Of a stretch of DNA of 64,000 bases, positions 63,238 through 64,000 are shown one piece after another (the stretch's first letter is position 1; the number at the start of each line of letters is the position of its first letter). The notes beneath the pieces were generated by a model. That model worked only from the letters and a program-made list of their open reading frames with translations. It was not told where the DNA came from and did no database searches. Location: assembly GCA_043754535.1 (NCBI GenBank), contig JAYUUN010000111.1, positions 1-64,000 of the forward strand, given 5' to 3'. This DNA is from Chloroflexota bacterium (lineage in GTDB: Bacteria; Chloroflexota; Chloroflexia; QHBQ01). Position numbers and translations under genes: made by a program.

Positions 63238-64000
63238 ATGCGCTACTTCTGCTATCACGGCCACTTCTACCAGCCGCCACGTGAAGACCCCTTCACGGGA
63301 GTACTGCCAAAGGAGTTTGGAGCCGACCCCTACCACGACTGGAACGAGCGGATCACCGCCGAGTGCTATCGCCCGCTGGCCGAGCTTGGCGTGTTCGACC
63401 TGATCAGCTTCAATCTTGGCCCCACTCTGGCAGCCTGGATGGAGGTCAACGCACCTGATGTGTACCAGCGCATCTTGCAGGCTGACCGCAACCACGCCCA
63501 GCGGCAGGGGGTGGGCAACGCCATCGCCCAGGTCTACAATCATATGTTGATGCCGCTGGCGACCCGGCGCGACAAGGAGACGCAGGTGGCCTGGGGGTTG
63601 GCCGACTTCCGCCATCGCTATGGGCGGGTGGCCGAGGGGATGTGGCTGGCCGAGTGCGCGGTAGACTTGGAGACCCTGACCGTAATGCAGGAGCAGGGGG
63701 TGCGCTTCACCATCCTTGCGCCCTGGCAGGCCGAGCATAGCGCGGTGGACAGCAGCGAGCCACAACTGATTGCCCTGCCCAACGGCAAGCAGATGACGGT
63801 TTTCTTCTTTGACGAGGGGCTATCACGCAGCACCAACCACGTGCCACGCATCAGCGAGGATGTGCAGGAGTACGCCGAGGTTGCAATGCAGATTTCGACC
63901 AAGTGGGACAAGTTCAAGCGCGACGAGGATCAACTGGTGCTGGTCGCCACCGACGGCGAATACTTCGGCCACCACTACAAGGGGCGCGACCTGTTCATGA
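63238..64000 (+). CDS. Glycoside hydrolase family 57 / DUF3536 protein, 3'-truncated (not in ORF track)
   Basis: MRYFCYHGHFYQPPREDP, YNHMLMPLA, GMWLAE, ATDGEYFGHH; frame runs off the window end. Confidence 0.9.
   Translation, partial: MRYFCYHGHFYQPPREDPFTGVLPKEFGADPYHDWNERITAECYRPLAELGVFDLISFNLGPTLAAWMEVNAPDVYQRILQADRNHAQRQGVGNAIAQVYNHMLMPLATRRDKETQVAWGLADFRHRYGRVAEGMWLAECAVDLETLTVMQEQGVRFTILAPWQAEHSAVDSSEPQLIALPNGKQMTVFFFDEGLSRSTNHVPRISEDVQEYAEVAMQISTKWDKFKRDEDQLVLVATDGEYFGHHYKGRDLFM

Overview
High-GC bacterial chromosomal window, probably Chloroflexota (inferred from SLH and LPxTG surface proteins, homodimeric GlyRS with a T-box, archaeal-type ProRS and GTAG-type hairpins). It is mostly housekeeping: smc, an ABC-2 exporter, proS, rpsP-khpA-rimM, hisI/hisE, gyrB, tdh-kbl, nfo, glyQS, ino1 with two lipid acyltransferases, moeA, tRNA-Val(CAC) and tRNA-Arg(TCG). 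I saw no CRISPR array, transposase or prophage. The main observation concerns the genetic code. A by-eye scan of about 50 CDSs found no internal in-frame TTA, even in Leu-rich or AT-rich genes. Six genes (HAD hydrolase, UDG, DUF2332, hisE, tdh, a small hypothetical) have their first in-frame TTA at or next to the expected C-terminus. In five of them, reading TTA as Leu creates implausible extensions through terminators, RBSs or neighbouring genes. This suggests UUA, or UUAG, acts as a stop signal; I know of no bacterial precedent. Those six genes are given with TTA-terminated coordinates. Other points: a pair of Met/His-rich LPxTG surface proteins, an unlisted 46-aa membrane peptide in an AT-rich islet, a Thr-rich tdh N-terminus, a duplicated ArsR promoter flanking a methyltransferase, and several gene remnants.
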